DNA of 64,000 nucleotides from NCBI GenBank assembly GCA_963780735.1, contig CAWADB010000012.1, positions 2,658 through 66,657 of the forward strand. The letters are read 5' to 3'. Within the stretch, counting starts at the first letter, position 1. Each line of letters begins with the position of its first letter. The stretch comes from an uncultured Bacteroidales bacterium (GTDB lineage: Bacteria > Bacteroidota > Bacteroidia > Bacteroidales > VadinHA17). The notes under the pieces are model-generated. The model did no database searches. It saw nothing but the letters and a program-made list of their open reading frames with translations, and had not been told where the DNA came from. Positions 24,777-34,913 of this stretch are shown piece by piece. Both the position numbers and the translations under genes were made by a program.

Positions 24777-26048
24777 ATGAAAAACAATAAAATTCTCAAG
24801 ATCCTCGTACCCATTGTTCTCCTTCTTATTGTTTTCGCTGCCGTTGGCAAAAAGAAAGGCTGGTTCGGCAAGGAAGCCACAGTCAAGGTGGCGGTTGAAC
24901 AGGTGAAAAAAACTCCGATTGTCGAAGCCGTTACAGCCAACGGCAAGATACAGCCCGAAACGGAAGTCAAGATAAGTCCTGATGTCTCCGGTGAAATCGT
25001 CGAACTGCACGTCAAAGAGGGGGATTTTGTTCAGAAAGGGGTTCTGCTTTTCAAGATCAAGCCTGAAATTTACATCTCTGCAAGTGAACGTGCTGCCGCC
25101 GCCGTGAATTCATCCAAGGCCCGCCAGGCACAGGTAGAAGCACAGATGTTACAGGCTGAGCTGTCGTACAACAGAAGCAAGAAGCTTTTTGATGAGAATA
25201 CGATTTCCAAGTCTGATTTTGAGCAGGCAGAATCACAGTATAAAGTTGCAAAAGCCGAGAAGGAAAGCGCTCTATATTCGGTAAAGAGCGCCGAGGCTTC
25301 GCTCAGGGAAGCGAATGAAAATCTGGTTAAAACGACTGTCTATTCACCCATGACAGGTACAATATCAAGCCTTTCGGTTGAGCTTGGCGAGAGAGTCATC
25401 GGCGCCACCATGATGACCGGCACCGAGGTTTTACGCGTTGCCGACCTTAACCGTATGGAGGTTGTTGTTGAGGTAAACGAAAACGATATTATCAGGGTAA
25501 AGCTGGGCGACACAGCCGAGGTTGAGGTTGATGCTTATCTCGACCGTACTTTCAAGGGTGTGGTGACCGAGATTGCCAACTCGGCCAAGAGCACCACCAT
25601 TACATCTGACCAGGTAACAAACTTTGAGGTCAGAATACTTATCCTGCGGGAGTCATACCAGGACCTGATCAGTGAGAAGAACCCCAGTCCTTTCAGGCCG
25701 GGAATGTCAGCATCTGTTGATATTTTCACCAGCCGGAAGGCTGATATCCTCACCGTGCCCATCCAGGCGGTCACAACGCGTACTGATACAACCAAGGCAG
25801 AGACAGTCGGAGCTGAAGAAGTACGAACACTCGTTTTTGTGTCGGACGGAACCTATGCTCTTGCCCGCGACGTGAAGACAGGCATACAGGATAACGTAAA
25901 TATCGAGATCCTGAGCGGTCTTGCTGAAGGCGATACTGTCATCGTGCAGCCATTCAGTGCGATCAGTAAAAAACTTTCCGATTCCACCCTTATTGAAGTT
26001 GTTGATAAAGAGGCCCTCTTCAGCACTGAAAAGAAGAAGGAAAAATAA
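24777..26048 (+). CDS. Efflux periplasmic adaptor (HlyD/MacA-type membrane fusion protein)
   Basis: N-terminal anchor MKNNKILKILVPIVLLLIVFAAVG, a coiled-coil hairpin (QAQVEAQMLQAELSYNRSKKLF...), lipoyl and beta-barrel blocks. Start at ATG 24777. Confidence 0.85.
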   Translation: MKNNKILKILVPIVLLLIVFAAVGKKKGWFGKEATVKVAVEQVKKTPIVEAVTANGKIQPETEVKISPDVSGEIVELHVKEGDFVQKGVLLFKIKPEIYISASERAAAAVNSSKARQAQVEAQMLQAELSYNRSKKLFDENTISKSDFEQAESQYKVAKAEKESALYSVKSAEASLREANENLVKTTVYSPMTGTISSLSVELGERVIGATMMTGTEVLRVADLNRMEVVVEVNENDIIRVKLGDTAEVEVDAYLDRTFKGVVTEIANSAKSTTITSDQVTNFEVRILILRESYQDLISEKNPSPFRPGMSASVDIFTSRKADILTVPIQAVTTRTDTTKAETVGAEEVRTLVFVSDGTYALARDVKTGIQDNVNIEILSGLAEGDTVIVQPFSAISKKLSDSTLIEVVDKEALFSTEKKKEK

Positions 26049-26072
26049 GGTAAACGGTAATTTATTTCTTAA

Positions 26073-26765
26073 ATGATCCTTTGCATTGAGACAGCCACCG
26101 GCGTCTGTTCGGTGGCATTATGCGATGACAGTTCTGTCATCAGCGTGCTTGAGGCTCCTGCCGGGATGTCTCATTCCTCAAGTCTTACCGTCATCATAAA
26201 GGAACTGCTCAGGGGCGCTTCCATCGAAGCACGACAGCTCGATGCCGTTTCTGTAAGCAAAGGACCCGGATCATACACAGGACTTAGGATTGGGGTATCC
26301 GTAGCGAAAGGTATCGCCTACGGTGCGGAAATACCCCTCATAGGCATCAATACCCTTACGGCAATGTGCCACGGTTATCTGACGGCAAACCCTCTCCCGG
26401 CAGGCAGCAGTACATTGCTTTGCCCGATGATCGACGCCAGGCGGATGGAGGTATATAACGCCCTGTTTACTGCTGATGGAAGGATGATAAAGGAGACTTC
26501 CGCAGACATTATCACCGCGTCATCATACAGCGACAGGCTTGAATCAGAAAAAATAATATTCTTTGGCAACGGAGCCGGCAAATGCAGGTCAGCAATAACA
26601 GGCCCCAATGCCATATTTGAAGAAGAATTCAACCTCTCGGCATCATATTTGCACAAGCCGTCGGTGAACGCCTTCAGGGAAAAGCAGTTTGAGGATGTTG
26701 CCTATTTTGAACCTTATTATCTCAAGGAGTTCATCGCAACAATTCCCAAAAAACTGTTCCTCTGA
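26073..26765 (+). CDS. tsaB: tRNA threonylcarbamoyladenosine biosynthesis protein TsaB
   Basis: MILCIETATGVCSVAL...VSKGPGSYTGLRIGVSVAKG is diagnostic of the TsaB/YeaZ family. Confidence 0.85.
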   Translation: MILCIETATGVCSVALCDDSSVISVLEAPAGMSHSSSLTVIIKELLRGASIEARQLDAVSVSKGPGSYTGLRIGVSVAKGIAYGAEIPLIGINTLTAMCHGYLTANPLPAGSSTLLCPMIDARRMEVYNALFTADGRMIKETSADIITASSYSDRLESEKIIFFGNGAGKCRSAITGPNAIFEEEFNLSASYLHKPSVNAFREKQFEDVAYFEPYYLKEFIATIPKKLFL

Positions 26766-26780
26766 GAAAAACATTCCGAA

Positions 26781-27113
26781 ATGAGAAACTTTTTACTGGC
26801 AGTACTGATTATATCGATCACAGCGGTGCAATGGGCAGAAGCTCAACTGCAGCCCTATATGCCGGGTGAAAAGGTCTTTTACCAGATTAAATACGGCCCC
26901 GTTGGCAGCGGACGGGCTGTACTTGAATTAAAAGACGGCTTCTACCAGGGAAAACCCGTATGGCATGCAACAGTCACCGGTCAGACAACAGGCCTGGCCG
27001 ATGCCCTTTACCATGTAAGGGACACTTATGAGAGTTATATAAATCCGGAAACGGACCTTCCTGTATTCTCCATAAGAAACATCCATGGAGGGACACTACA
27101 AAAAGTACAATGA
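26781..27113 (+). CDS. DUF3108-family protein, N-terminal fragment (frame-disrupted gene)
   Basis: Signal peptide, then GEKVFYQIKYGPVGSGRAVLEL... It ends 9 codons after SIRNIH, where the downstream fragment continues in the +1 frame. Confidence 0.65.
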   Translation: MRNFLLAVLIISITAVQWAEAQLQPYMPGEKVFYQIKYGPVGSGRAVLELKDGFYQGKPVWHATVTGQTTGLADALYHVRDTYESYINPETDLPVFSIRNIHGGTLQKVQ

Positions 27114-27561
27114 GGTGGCTTTTGACCATACATCGAGGAGCGATTCAACCCTGGTATTCAGTGATCTCTCGGGAAATCATACCGCCCCTAAAGGGATTCT
27201 TGATATTGTTTCATGCTTTTACTGGTTCCGGAAATACCACCTGGCAAGAGCTGATACACTTATTCCCGGAAAGCTCTATCAGATGACCACATGGTTTGGT
27301 GATGAGCTCTATCCTATCGTATTGAAATACACGGGAATGGAGACGGTTAAGATCAAGGACGGAAAGATAATGTGTTACAGATTTAATCCTGTAACGGAGG
27401 TGGGGCGTGTCTTCGAGACAGAGGAAGATATGGTGATGTGGTTCAGCGCTGATGAAAATTTTTTACCGGTTAAAATACGATTTGATATCTTTGTGGGGTC
27501 ATTTCACGTGGAAATGGTAAAGAGTGAAGGGCTTAGAACGCCACTGAATTTTATTAACTAA
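27085..27561 (+). CDS. DUF3108-family protein, C-terminal fragment
   Basis: [14 protein letters not shown]...[10 protein letters not shown]...[18 protein letters not shown]. Overlaps the previous fragment by 29 nt in a different frame. Confidence 0.65.
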   Translation: MEGHYKKYNEVAFDHTSRSDSTLVFSDLSGNHTAPKGILDIVSCFYWFRKYHLARADTLIPGKLYQMTTWFGDELYPIVLKYTGMETVKIKDGKIMCYRFNPVTEVGRVFETEEDMVMWFSADENFLPVKIRFDIFVGSFHVEMVKSEGLRTPLNFIN

Positions 27562-27583
27562 CACAGGAAATTTTACTTTTTAT

Positions 27584-28150
27584 ATGGCAACAACTGCAGA
27601 TTTCAGAAACGGACTGGTAATTGAATACAATAATGACCTGTATGCGATAATACAGTTTCAGCATGTTAAACCGGGCAAGGGTCCGGCCTTCGTGCGCACC
27701 AAGCTCAGAAATGTCACAACAGGCAGGGTGCTCGACAACACCTTCAGTTCAGGCACCAAGGTCAATGTGGCACGTGTGGAGAGAAGACCCTATCAGTATC
27801 TGTACAAGGATGACATGGGTTATCATCTTATGCATACCGAGACATTTGAACAGATCACGGTGCAGGAGTCAATGCTCAACAACAGTGATCTTCTCAAGGA
27901 AGGCGCAACAGTTGAAGTGGTGGTTCATGCAGATACGGAAAACGTTCTTCTTGTTGACCTCCCCGTCAACGTGGTCATGGAAGTGACTTACTCTGAACCC
28001 GGGCTTCGCGGCGATACCGCCACCAACACCCTTAAGCCGGCCACAATAGAAAACGGTACAACCGTTATGGTACCTCTCTTTGTGAATGTAGGTGACAAGA
28101 TACGCATCGATACGCGCGACCGTTCATACATAGAGAGAGTCAAGGGCTGA
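27584..28150 (+). CDS. efp: Translation elongation factor P
   Basis: [47 protein letters not shown]... 188 aa, canonical EF-P. Confidence 0.95.
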   Translation: MATTADFRNGLVIEYNNDLYAIIQFQHVKPGKGPAFVRTKLRNVTTGRVLDNTFSSGTKVNVARVERRPYQYLYKDDMGYHLMHTETFEQITVQESMLNNSDLLKEGATVEVVVHADTENVLLVDLPVNVVMEVTYSEPGLRGDTATNTLKPATIENGTTVMVPLFVNVGDKIRIDTRDRSYIERVKG

Positions 28151-28157
28151 CACTGGA

Positions 28158-29387
28158 ATGATGGATGAGAGCAGGCTTCCCAGGGACAGGCTTAAGATGT
28201 CGAAATTCAAACTCGACGCCCTGCTCGATATCACCCTTTCCATCAATGCAAACTTACCTACAAAAGAGCTTCTCAGGAAGTACGAGTCTATCCTGCGCGA
28301 GGACCTGGGCATAGGCAAGCTTATGCTGTTCAAATACGGCGAGAAGTGGGAAGCGCTGCTCAACGCAGGCTTCCCTGACAGCCTCAGGAAAAAAATTAAT
28401 GTGGAGCGTGATCTCAACTGTTATACCGAGATCACAACTGATGTGAATTCAAAGCCTTTTGAGGCTGTTGATATTATCATTCCTGTCATGAATAACAATA
28501 TCCATACGGCATTCGTGCTGATCGGGGATATTGACGAGGAAGGTGAAGGAATGAGCCCGGTGGTCAAGCACCTGAACTTCATTCAGACTATTTCAAGCAT
28601 AATAGTGGTTGCCATTGAGAACCAGCGGCTATTCAGAGAGAGCCTCCGCCAGGAAGCGCTGCGCAAGGAGCTTGAACTGGCAGCGCGCATGCAGATGATG
28701 CTCATCCCTGACAACAAAAAGCTGCCGGCAAATAATAAAATCAGGGTTCAGGGCTTTTATATTCCGCATTATGAGGTCGGTGGAGATTATTATGATTTTC
28801 TCACTTTGTCTGAAACAACGGTGGGGTTCTGCATTGCCGATGTGTCAGGAAAGGGTATGTCAGCCGCCCTTCTGATGTCAAACTTCCAGGCCAGCCTGAG
28901 AGTGCTCTTCACCGCCAGTGTCGATCTTGAAGTCCTGTTGCGCAGGCTTAACACTGTTGTTGTATTAAACTCGTCGGGTGAATGTTTTATCACACTCTTC
29001 ATAGCCCGGTTCAATTTGAAGACCAGGATGCTTGAATATGTCAATGCGGCACACACTCCGCCAATTATAATCGATGTCATGTCCGGCACCTCATCGATGC
29101 TGAGACAGTCATGCGTCGGAGTAGGGATGCTCGATGATATGCCGCAGGTGGGTAAAGAGAAGATCTCTGTAACACGCCCGACAAAAATAATATGCTATAC
29201 TGACGGCCTCTCTGAACTGACAGACGACAATGGGAATTTTATCGGAGCCTCAACCATTGTAAAACACTTTCCGAACTCAAGGCCTATCTCGGAAAATATT
29301 GCCGCACTCATAGAAGAACTGGATATCCGTGCCGGAAATCCTGATCTGTTTGATGATGTGTCAATACTTGCCCTCGAAATAATGTAA
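28158..29387 (+). CDS. GAF-domain / PP2C (SpoIIE-type) serine phosphatase
   Basis: The C-terminal PP2C block has YEVGGDYYDF, CIADVSGKGMSAALLMS, YTDGLSEL and DDVSILA. An N-terminal sensor-like region precedes it. Confidence 0.8.
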   Translation: MMDESRLPRDRLKMSKFKLDALLDITLSINANLPTKELLRKYESILREDLGIGKLMLFKYGEKWEALLNAGFPDSLRKKINVERDLNCYTEITTDVNSKPFEAVDIIIPVMNNNIHTAFVLIGDIDEEGEGMSPVVKHLNFIQTISSIIVVAIENQRLFRESLRQEALRKELELAARMQMMLIPDNKKLPANNKIRVQGFYIPHYEVGGDYYDFLTLSETTVGFCIADVSGKGMSAALLMSNFQASLRVLFTASVDLEVLLRRLNTVVVLNSSGECFITLFIARFNLKTRMLEYVNAAHTPPIIIDVMSGTSSMLRQSCVGVGMLDDMPQVGKEKISVTRPTKIICYTDGLSELTDDNGNFIGASTIVKHFPNSRPISENIAALIEELDIRAGNPDLFDDVSILALEIM

Positions 29388-29396
29388 GTTGCAGCA

Positions 29397-30764
29397 TCAG
29401 GGCTGCTCGGCCTGCTCCTCTTTTTCTCTTATATCCATCGATACCAGGATTCCGGCAAATCCCCACCATAGCGCAGCGATCTTGTCGCTGTCGAGGAAGC
29501 TGTTCATTATGCCGTGAACGACATAGGTCATCAGGCCCGTCAGTATGGCCAGGGCGAAATACCCGTCAAAGGTTCTCTTCTCCCTGTACCAGACCCTGAT
29601 ACCTGTAAAAACGATGAAACCCGTGAGCAGCAGATATAATAATGCCCCGGGCAAGCCTGACTCACTCATCGTGCCGAGGTATTCGCTATGGGCATTGCCG
29701 GCATCGCCGAAGTCAGTGCTTATAATGGTTCTGTCCGCAGCCTTCTGGAACGGGCCGTAATTGAACTGATAAGTCCCCGGACCCCACCCGAACAGTGGTT
29801 TCTCCTCAGACATCCTGAGTGCACATTTCCATCTGTTGATGCGTTCCAGGTTCGACTGATCGGTGGAGATATTTGACGATGACCGGAGATGCTGCCCGAG
29901 ATCAGCCGATGAATCCTCTGTCGTGCTGTCCATCTTCTGCCATATCCATCCTGCAGAGAGAACCATTGCCACAATAAATCCGGCAGCCGTTAAGGTGAGA
30001 AGCCTGACGGGCATCCTGAGCCATAAAATTGATGACAGCGCCAGAGCTGCAATCAGGCTCACCCATGCCGCCCTGCTGTATGAAAATATAAAACCGGCCA
30101 GAAACAGAATTAACAGCGCAGAAACGAACACCCTTGAAGCTACGCGGTTGCCTTTCCTGATTAGAATAACCGCCAGCGGAATCAGAAGAAAAGCCATTGA
30201 AGCTCCGAATGATGTATGATCATTATAAAAGGGATAGCAGGCTGAATGTGCAAACTGCTGGTTCAGCAGCCCTGCACCTCCTGCCCTGATAAGGAAATAA
30301 ATCACCACTACAGCGAGCCCTGTTGAATATGCAATAATATATTTCCCGGTAAAGCGTTCGCTTCTGAACAACTGGGCTGCAATAAGGTAAAAGCCTGCTA
30401 TGAACCACATCCGGTAGGCCAGCGTCTTGAACGAAACGCCCGGCAATGTCGATGTCAGTGAGGTTACCAGTGACCATACAAGATACAGACCGATAAGAAC
30501 AGTCACAGGATGCCGCAGGAGTTTTACGGAAAATTCACGAGTGACAATAAGCTTGAACAGGGTTATAAAAAGCAGCAGTGCAAGTATAGGCTCAGTCGGT
30601 ACGGAAAGATCAAAGCCCGCACTGCCAGTGAGATAACTGACCTGGATTGAAAGAGGGGTCAGGAACAGCGTCAGAAGCAACAGCTTCTCCAGTGAGAGCA
30701 CGGCCAGCATGACTACGGCCAGCCCTGCAGGGATAAGCCATATCAGTAATTCAGTGCCGTTCAT
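29397..30764 (-). CDS. O-antigen ligase/polymerase (Wzy_C) family membrane protein
   Basis: About 10-12 TM helices. A periplasmic loop with SYSRAAWVSL and NAHSEYL is typical of the O-antigen ligase family. Confidence 0.75.
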   Translation of the reverse strand: MNGTELLIWLIPAGLAVVMLAVLSLEKLLLLTLFLTPLSIQVSYLTGSAGFDLSVPTEPILALLLFITLFKLIVTREFSVKLLRHPVTVLIGLYLVWSLVTSLTSTLPGVSFKTLAYRMWFIAGFYLIAAQLFRSERFTGKYIIAYSTGLAVVVIYFLIRAGGAGLLNQQFAHSACYPFYNDHTSFGASMAFLLIPLAVILIRKGNRVASRVFVSALLILFLAGFIFSYSRAAWVSLIAALALSSILWLRMPVRLLTLTAAGFIVAMVLSAGWIWQKMDSTTEDSSADLGQHLRSSSNISTDQSNLERINRWKCALRMSEEKPLFGWGPGTYQFNYGPFQKAADRTIISTDFGDAGNAHSEYLGTMSESGLPGALLYLLLTGFIVFTGIRVWYREKRTFDGYFALAILTGLMTYVVHGIMNSFLDSDKIAALWWGFAGILVSMDIREKEEQAEQP

Positions 30765-31638
30765 CAGTGCGCTGCACCTTCACGCCTTCGGCCACAAAGA
30801 GTACCAGCGCGGCAAGAACAAGGACAGACAATGTCGATACAATGACCATTATGCTCCTGCGCGGGTATATTTTCTTCTCAGCCACCACAGCCCTGTCAAC
30901 AACCAGAGTATAGGGCATGGTCTGCTGGCTCAGCGCCAGAGCTTCAAGATATCTCCCCCTTATCAGGCCCAGGTATTCTGTCTCCGTGTCAAGAGTGGCA
31001 TAAGCCTTTAATACAGCTGCTCCCTTGAGAATTACAAGGGAATCCTCATACTGCCTGACGAGGCGGTCCTGCATCTCATAGCTCCTGCTGATCTCATCGA
31101 GCATGGCAGCTGCAGCATTGCGCTGAAGTTTATTGAAGATGGTGTCGCTCTGCGAGGCCATGTCATTAGCCATGGCACATGCCAGCTCCCTGTCACGGTC
31201 CCTCACCCTGATCTCAACCGACCCGAAGGAGGTTTTGGAGGAATGTATATACCTGTCCATCTTCTCGGCTATCAGCGTTTGGGGGTATTTCTCCGAGGGT
31301 TTGATATTGTAATGTTCAGCAAGATTATACTTCATTTTTAGGTAATCCCTGACCTGCTCGCTGCTGATCACCTGCAAAAGTTTCTCCGTTGCATCATCAT
31401 CACCGTAGAGGGTTGTTTTGGAGGAAGCCTCGCCAAGCAGGGTGCTTGCTTCGGTAATGTTCGATGATGGGTATAGGATAACCGTTGATTCATACAGCGG
31501 CTTAATAAGCAGGGAGATCACCACAGACAATACTCCTGCCAGGATTCCGGTGACAAGGAATACCCTGAAATGGCTGATTATAAAATTTATCAGATCAATC
31601 GAGTCCGGTTTGAATTCAGCTTTTATATTACTCTTCAT
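30751..31638 (-). CDS. Wzz-like polysaccharide chain-length determinant family protein
   Basis: N-terminal TM after IDLINFIISHFRVFLVTGILAGVLSVVISLLIKPLYEST (Wzz motif), a long coiled periplasmic region and a C-terminal TM. Overlaps the downstream ligase gene by 14 nt. Confidence 0.7.
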   Translation of the reverse strand: MKSNIKAEFKPDSIDLINFIISHFRVFLVTGILAGVLSVVISLLIKPLYESTVILYPSSNITEASTLLGEASSKTTLYGDDDATEKLLQVISSEQVRDYLKMKYNLAEHYNIKPSEKYPQTLIAEKMDRYIHSSKTSFGSVEIRVRDRDRELACAMANDMASQSDTIFNKLQRNAAAAMLDEISRSYEMQDRLVRQYEDSLVILKGAAVLKAYATLDTETEYLGLIRGRYLEALALSQQTMPYTLVVDRAVVAEKKIYPRRSIMVIVSTLSVLVLAALVLFVAEGVKVQRTDERH

Positions 31639-31655
31639 CTTGTCCGGTTTTATAA

Positions 31656-32951
31656 TTAAATGACCCTGATAAGATAATAGCTCTTTTTACCTTTCTGGAG
31701 CAGCAGGTATTTATTATTCAGCAGTTTATCCGGTTTTATGATCAGCTCCGGATCGTCAATTTTCTCCTTGTTGAGGCTGACCCCGCCGCCCTGCACAAGG
31801 CGTCTGAACTCACCCTTTGATTCAGTTATTTTTGTGTGCACGGCACACAGGTCGGAGATTGTTACGCCGGCGGATAACAGGCCGGGGGTTATGTCATACA
31901 TCGGCACGCCGTCAAAGACGGCAAGGAAGGTGTTCTCTTCCATGCGCTGCAGCTGTTCTGTGGTTCCCTTCCCGAACAATATCTGGGAGGCCTCAACGGC
32001 GCCTTCATAGTCTTCCCGTGAGTGTGCCATGACTGTAACCTCCTCTGCGAGACGCTTCTGCAGGATGCGCAGATGCGGCTCAGCCCGGTGAGCTTTCACC
32101 AGTTCATCTATCTCGCTGTGTGACAGCATAGTGAAGATCTTAATAAACTTCTCCGCATCTGCATCGGCTACATTCAGCCAGAACTGGAAGAACTGGTAAG
32201 GCGTTGTCTTTGCGGGGTCAAGCCACACATTGCCTGTCTCGGTTTTGCCGAATTTCTGACCGTCGCTTTTTGTTATCAGCGGGCATGTCATGGCGAAAGC
32301 TTCGCCTCCGTTCTTGCGTCTGATGAGCTCTGTGCCAGTCACAATGTTGCCCCACTGGTCGGAGCCGCCCATCTGCAGCTTGCAGCCATAGGTATTATAG
32401 AGATAAAGGAAATCGGTGCCCTGCACCAGCTGATATGAGAACTCGGTGAATGACATCCCCTGGCCGGTATCGGAGTCGAGTCTTTTTTTCACGGAGTCCT
32501 TGGCCATCATGTAATTGACAGTGATGTGTTTCCCTATATCCCGGATAAAGCCAAGGAAGGAATACTCCCTCATCCAGTCATAGTTGTTGACCATTAAAGC
32601 TCTGTTGGGAGAATCGGATCCGAAGTCGAGGAATTTTTCGAATTGCTTTTTCATACCCTCCTGGTTATGCCGGAGTGTCTGTTCGTCAAGGAGGTTCCGC
32701 TCTTCCGATTTGCCGGACGGATCGCCTATCATTCCCGTGGCGCCCCCGATAAGTACTATTGGCCTGTGGCCGGCATTCTGCAGGTGTCTCAGCATCATCA
32801 CTCCCACGAGGTGGCCGATATGCAGGGAATCAGCCGTAGGGTCGAATCCGACGTAGGCAGCGCTCTTTTCCTTCAGAAGGAATTCCTCTGTTCCGGGCAT
32901 GATGTCATGTATCATACCCCTCCATTTCAGTTCTTCGACAAAATTCATCAT
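31656..32951 (-). CDS. tyrS: Tyrosine--tRNA ligase
   Basis: HIGH motif (LHIGHLV), KMSKS-like KFGKT, and a C-terminal S4 domain ([15 protein letters not shown]). Confidence 0.95.
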   Translation of the reverse strand: MMNFVEELKWRGMIHDIMPGTEEFLLKEKSAAYVGFDPTADSLHIGHLVGVMMLRHLQNAGHRPIVLIGGATGMIGDPSGKSEERNLLDEQTLRHNQEGMKKQFEKFLDFGSDSPNRALMVNNYDWMREYSFLGFIRDIGKHITVNYMMAKDSVKKRLDSDTGQGMSFTEFSYQLVQGTDFLYLYNTYGCKLQMGGSDQWGNIVTGTELIRRKNGGEAFAMTCPLITKSDGQKFGKTETGNVWLDPAKTTPYQFFQFWLNVADADAEKFIKIFTMLSHSEIDELVKAHRAEPHLRILQKRLAEEVTVMAHSREDYEGAVEASQILFGKGTTEQLQRMEENTFLAVFDGVPMYDITPGLLSAGVTISDLCAVHTKITESKGEFRRLVQGGGVSLNKEKIDDPELIIKPDKLLNNKYLLLQKGKKSYYLIRVI

Positions 32952-32992
32952 TGGCAGCTCAAAATTCAGTGTCGCAAAGATATCAAAACCGG

Positions 32993-33529
32993 TCAGATGA
33001 TTACCGGCTGCGGTTTGTTTTTATGACGGTTGAAACTGTCAAGCAGATCGCCGCCTTCCACTATCGGGAAGATTGCTGGAATGATATCAGCGATGGGATT
33101 ATAGAGAAATGACTTTTCAATAGTGGCGGAGGGCAAAAAGTGCTTTTTTGAATCTATGGTATTAAGAAAAACGAAGACGACGCTAAGTATCAGTGCGGTC
33201 TTGATCACCCCGAAAACAGCGCCCAGTGTTTTCACCACGAAACCCAGCGAGACCGATTTGACAATTGTATCCAATAGTCTGCCTAACAGGCTAATACAAA
33301 TGACGATAACGACAAAAGTGATTGCAAAGGCAGCGATACCTGTCCAGGTTTCCTGCATGTCGAACCACCCGTAGAGTTTGCCTGCCGTCCAGCCCGAGAA
33401 ATGTATGGCTCCCCAGATGCCGAGGATCAGTGCTGCCAGCTTCGCGATCTCGATTATAAGTCCATCAATGAAGCCCTGTATCAGTCCGAAGGCAAGGAGA
33501 GCGATAATAACAAAGTCAATCCAGTTCAT
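32993..33529 (-). CDS. cvpA: CvpA-family membrane protein
   Basis: [25 protein letters not shown]... with 4 TM helices, the typical CvpA N-terminus. Confidence 0.8.
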   Translation of the reverse strand: MNWIDFVIIALLAFGLIQGFIDGLIIEIAKLAALILGIWGAIHFSGWTAGKLYGWFDMQETWTGIAAFAITFVVIVICISLLGRLLDTIVKSVSLGFVVKTLGAVFGVIKTALILSVVFVFLNTIDSKKHFLPSATIEKSFLYNPIADIIPAIFPIVEGGDLLDSFNRHKNKPQPVII

Positions 33530-33569
33530 TACTCAGTACTTTTAAAAGGATGAAGGTAGGAATTATAGA

Positions 33570-33590
33570 GGCATTAGGCAATAGGCAGCA
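33570..33590 (-). repeat. Tandem heptamer repeat (TGCTGCC TATTGCC TAATGCC on the minus strand), 25 nt after the beta-lactamase stop
   Basis: The plus strand reads GGCATTA GGCAATA GGCAGCA. It belongs to the same TAYTGCC family as the repeat at 60576..60603. Confidence 0.65.
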
Positions 33591-33615
33591 GTCTTGCCAT
33601 AAAATCGTCTGCCTG

Positions 33616-34413
33616 TCAGATAAGCCCGAGTTCCTTTAGTATGTCTTTAACAATATCGTAGCGGGCCATTGCTGTACCGTCGTAATCGTCTGTCCTGAAG
33701 TTCATGGCATAGAACCATGGGCCTCCGTCTTTCTCGACATAGCCCACCAGCCACATGATATATTCCGTATCTGACAACATCCCACCGCCGGTTTTGCCAC
33801 AAAGAGTATAATCATCTGTTTTTTCAAGGATGATAAGATCTTTAACGATATCAATTGATTCCCTGGTTACAGGTAAGTTGCAATTAAAGAATTTTCGCAG
33901 GAATTCAATCTGCTGGTTGGCGCTTATTCTGAATTCGCCGGCTAGCCAGAAGCGTGAAGGAGGTCCTTCAAGGTTTTTATTGCCGTAATCAAATGCCCGT
34001 ACGTATTCATAGTACTTTTCAATGCCAATTTTTTCAGCCAGCCCCGTATAAACCCAAACGCAGGAATATTTCATGGCCGTTCTGAGGGTCTGATCCTGGT
34101 TCCACGCCTTATTCGGCCACTCATGACCGTCCCATTTTATCACCTGAGAAGTATCACTGATAACTCCCTCATTTAGCAGTATCAGCGAATTCGGGATCTT
34201 GAATGTTGAGGCAGGCAGAAATCCCGAATCGCACAGGGAGGAGTTGTACCTGATATACTGATCATCGGCCTGATTGTAAAGAGCAATGCATCCCTCAACG
34301 CCGTACCTCTCAAAATGCGCTTTAAAATCTCTCTCGGTGGCTTTTTGAGCACAACCTGTCATTACAATAATCAATGCAGCAAAAAAGGATATGGTATGCT
34401 TCATACACTTCAT
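33616..34413 (-). CDS. Class D (OXA-type) beta-lactamase, lipoprotein
   Basis: Lipobox VMTGC. All class D motifs are in order: STFK, SCV (SxV), YGN, KTG (CGKTGGG), WLVG (WxxG). 265 aa, stand-alone. Confidence 0.85.
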   Translation of the reverse strand: MKCMKHTISFFAALIIVMTGCAQKATERDFKAHFERYGVEGCIALYNQADDQYIRYNSSLCDSGFLPASTFKIPNSLILLNEGVISDTSQVIKWDGHEWPNKAWNQDQTLRTAMKYSCVWVYTGLAEKIGIEKYYEYVRAFDYGNKNLEGPPSRFWLAGEFRISANQQIEFLRKFFNCNLPVTRESIDIVKDLIILEKTDDYTLCGKTGGGMLSDTEYIMWLVGYVEKDGGPWFYAMNFRTDDYDGTAMARYDIVKDILKELGLI

Positions 34414-34474
34414 AAATCAAATATCATCATTCCTTGTTCGATATTCCTTTTGCCCCATGCTCCATGCTTTATAT

Positions 34475-34897
34475 TTATTTCAGGCCCTTTTTATAATTAA
34501 TCACAGCCAGAAGATCTTTTATCTGCTCTTTTGAGGTGACAGTAATTGCCATGGGGAACAGGGTACCAATTGGTTTTTTTGATTTGAATTCTTCCTTAAT
34601 GCTTTTGTCAATGTCAAGTCCAAGTATCCCCGGGCAGTGTTTTTCAACGAAGTAAAATCCTGCTTTGAAATACCCGTCCCACACCGATAGCCAGAAAACA
34701 GTCTTCTTCTTAAATGCAACTTTGCACAGCCAGGCCTTTCCGTCCTTATAATAATTCCATTGTGGTACAAGTCCATATTCAGGACCGGTAATTGTCTTTA
34801 TCATCTCCTCATATGCCTTATAGCTGTCACCCATAGCGTTTTTCAGGATTTTTTCGTCAGGAAAAATCTGTGGATCATTCAGTAAAGGTGTTTCCAT
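34475..34897 (-). CDS. DUF3788-family protein
   Basis: 140 aa. YGLVPQWNYYKDGKAWLCKVAFKKKTVFWLSVWDGYFKAGFYF matches my recollection of DUF3788. Confidence 0.6.
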   Translation of the reverse strand: METPLLNDPQIFPDEKILKNAMGDSYKAYEEMIKTITGPEYGLVPQWNYYKDGKAWLCKVAFKKKTVFWLSVWDGYFKAGFYFVEKHCPGILGLDIDKSIKEEFKSKKPIGTLFPMAITVTSKEQIKDLLAVINYKKGLK

Positions 34898-34913
34898 TTC
34901 TTCAAGGTTGGTT

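Noticed and set aside
21310-29387. A Sia-like partner-switch system linking the DUF1987 protein with the GAF-PP2C phosphatase
   Set aside because: The two genes are 6.5 kb apart on opposite strands, with housekeeping genes (fbaA, efflux, tsaB, efp) between them, and no SiaB-like kinase is present. The link is too weak to claim.
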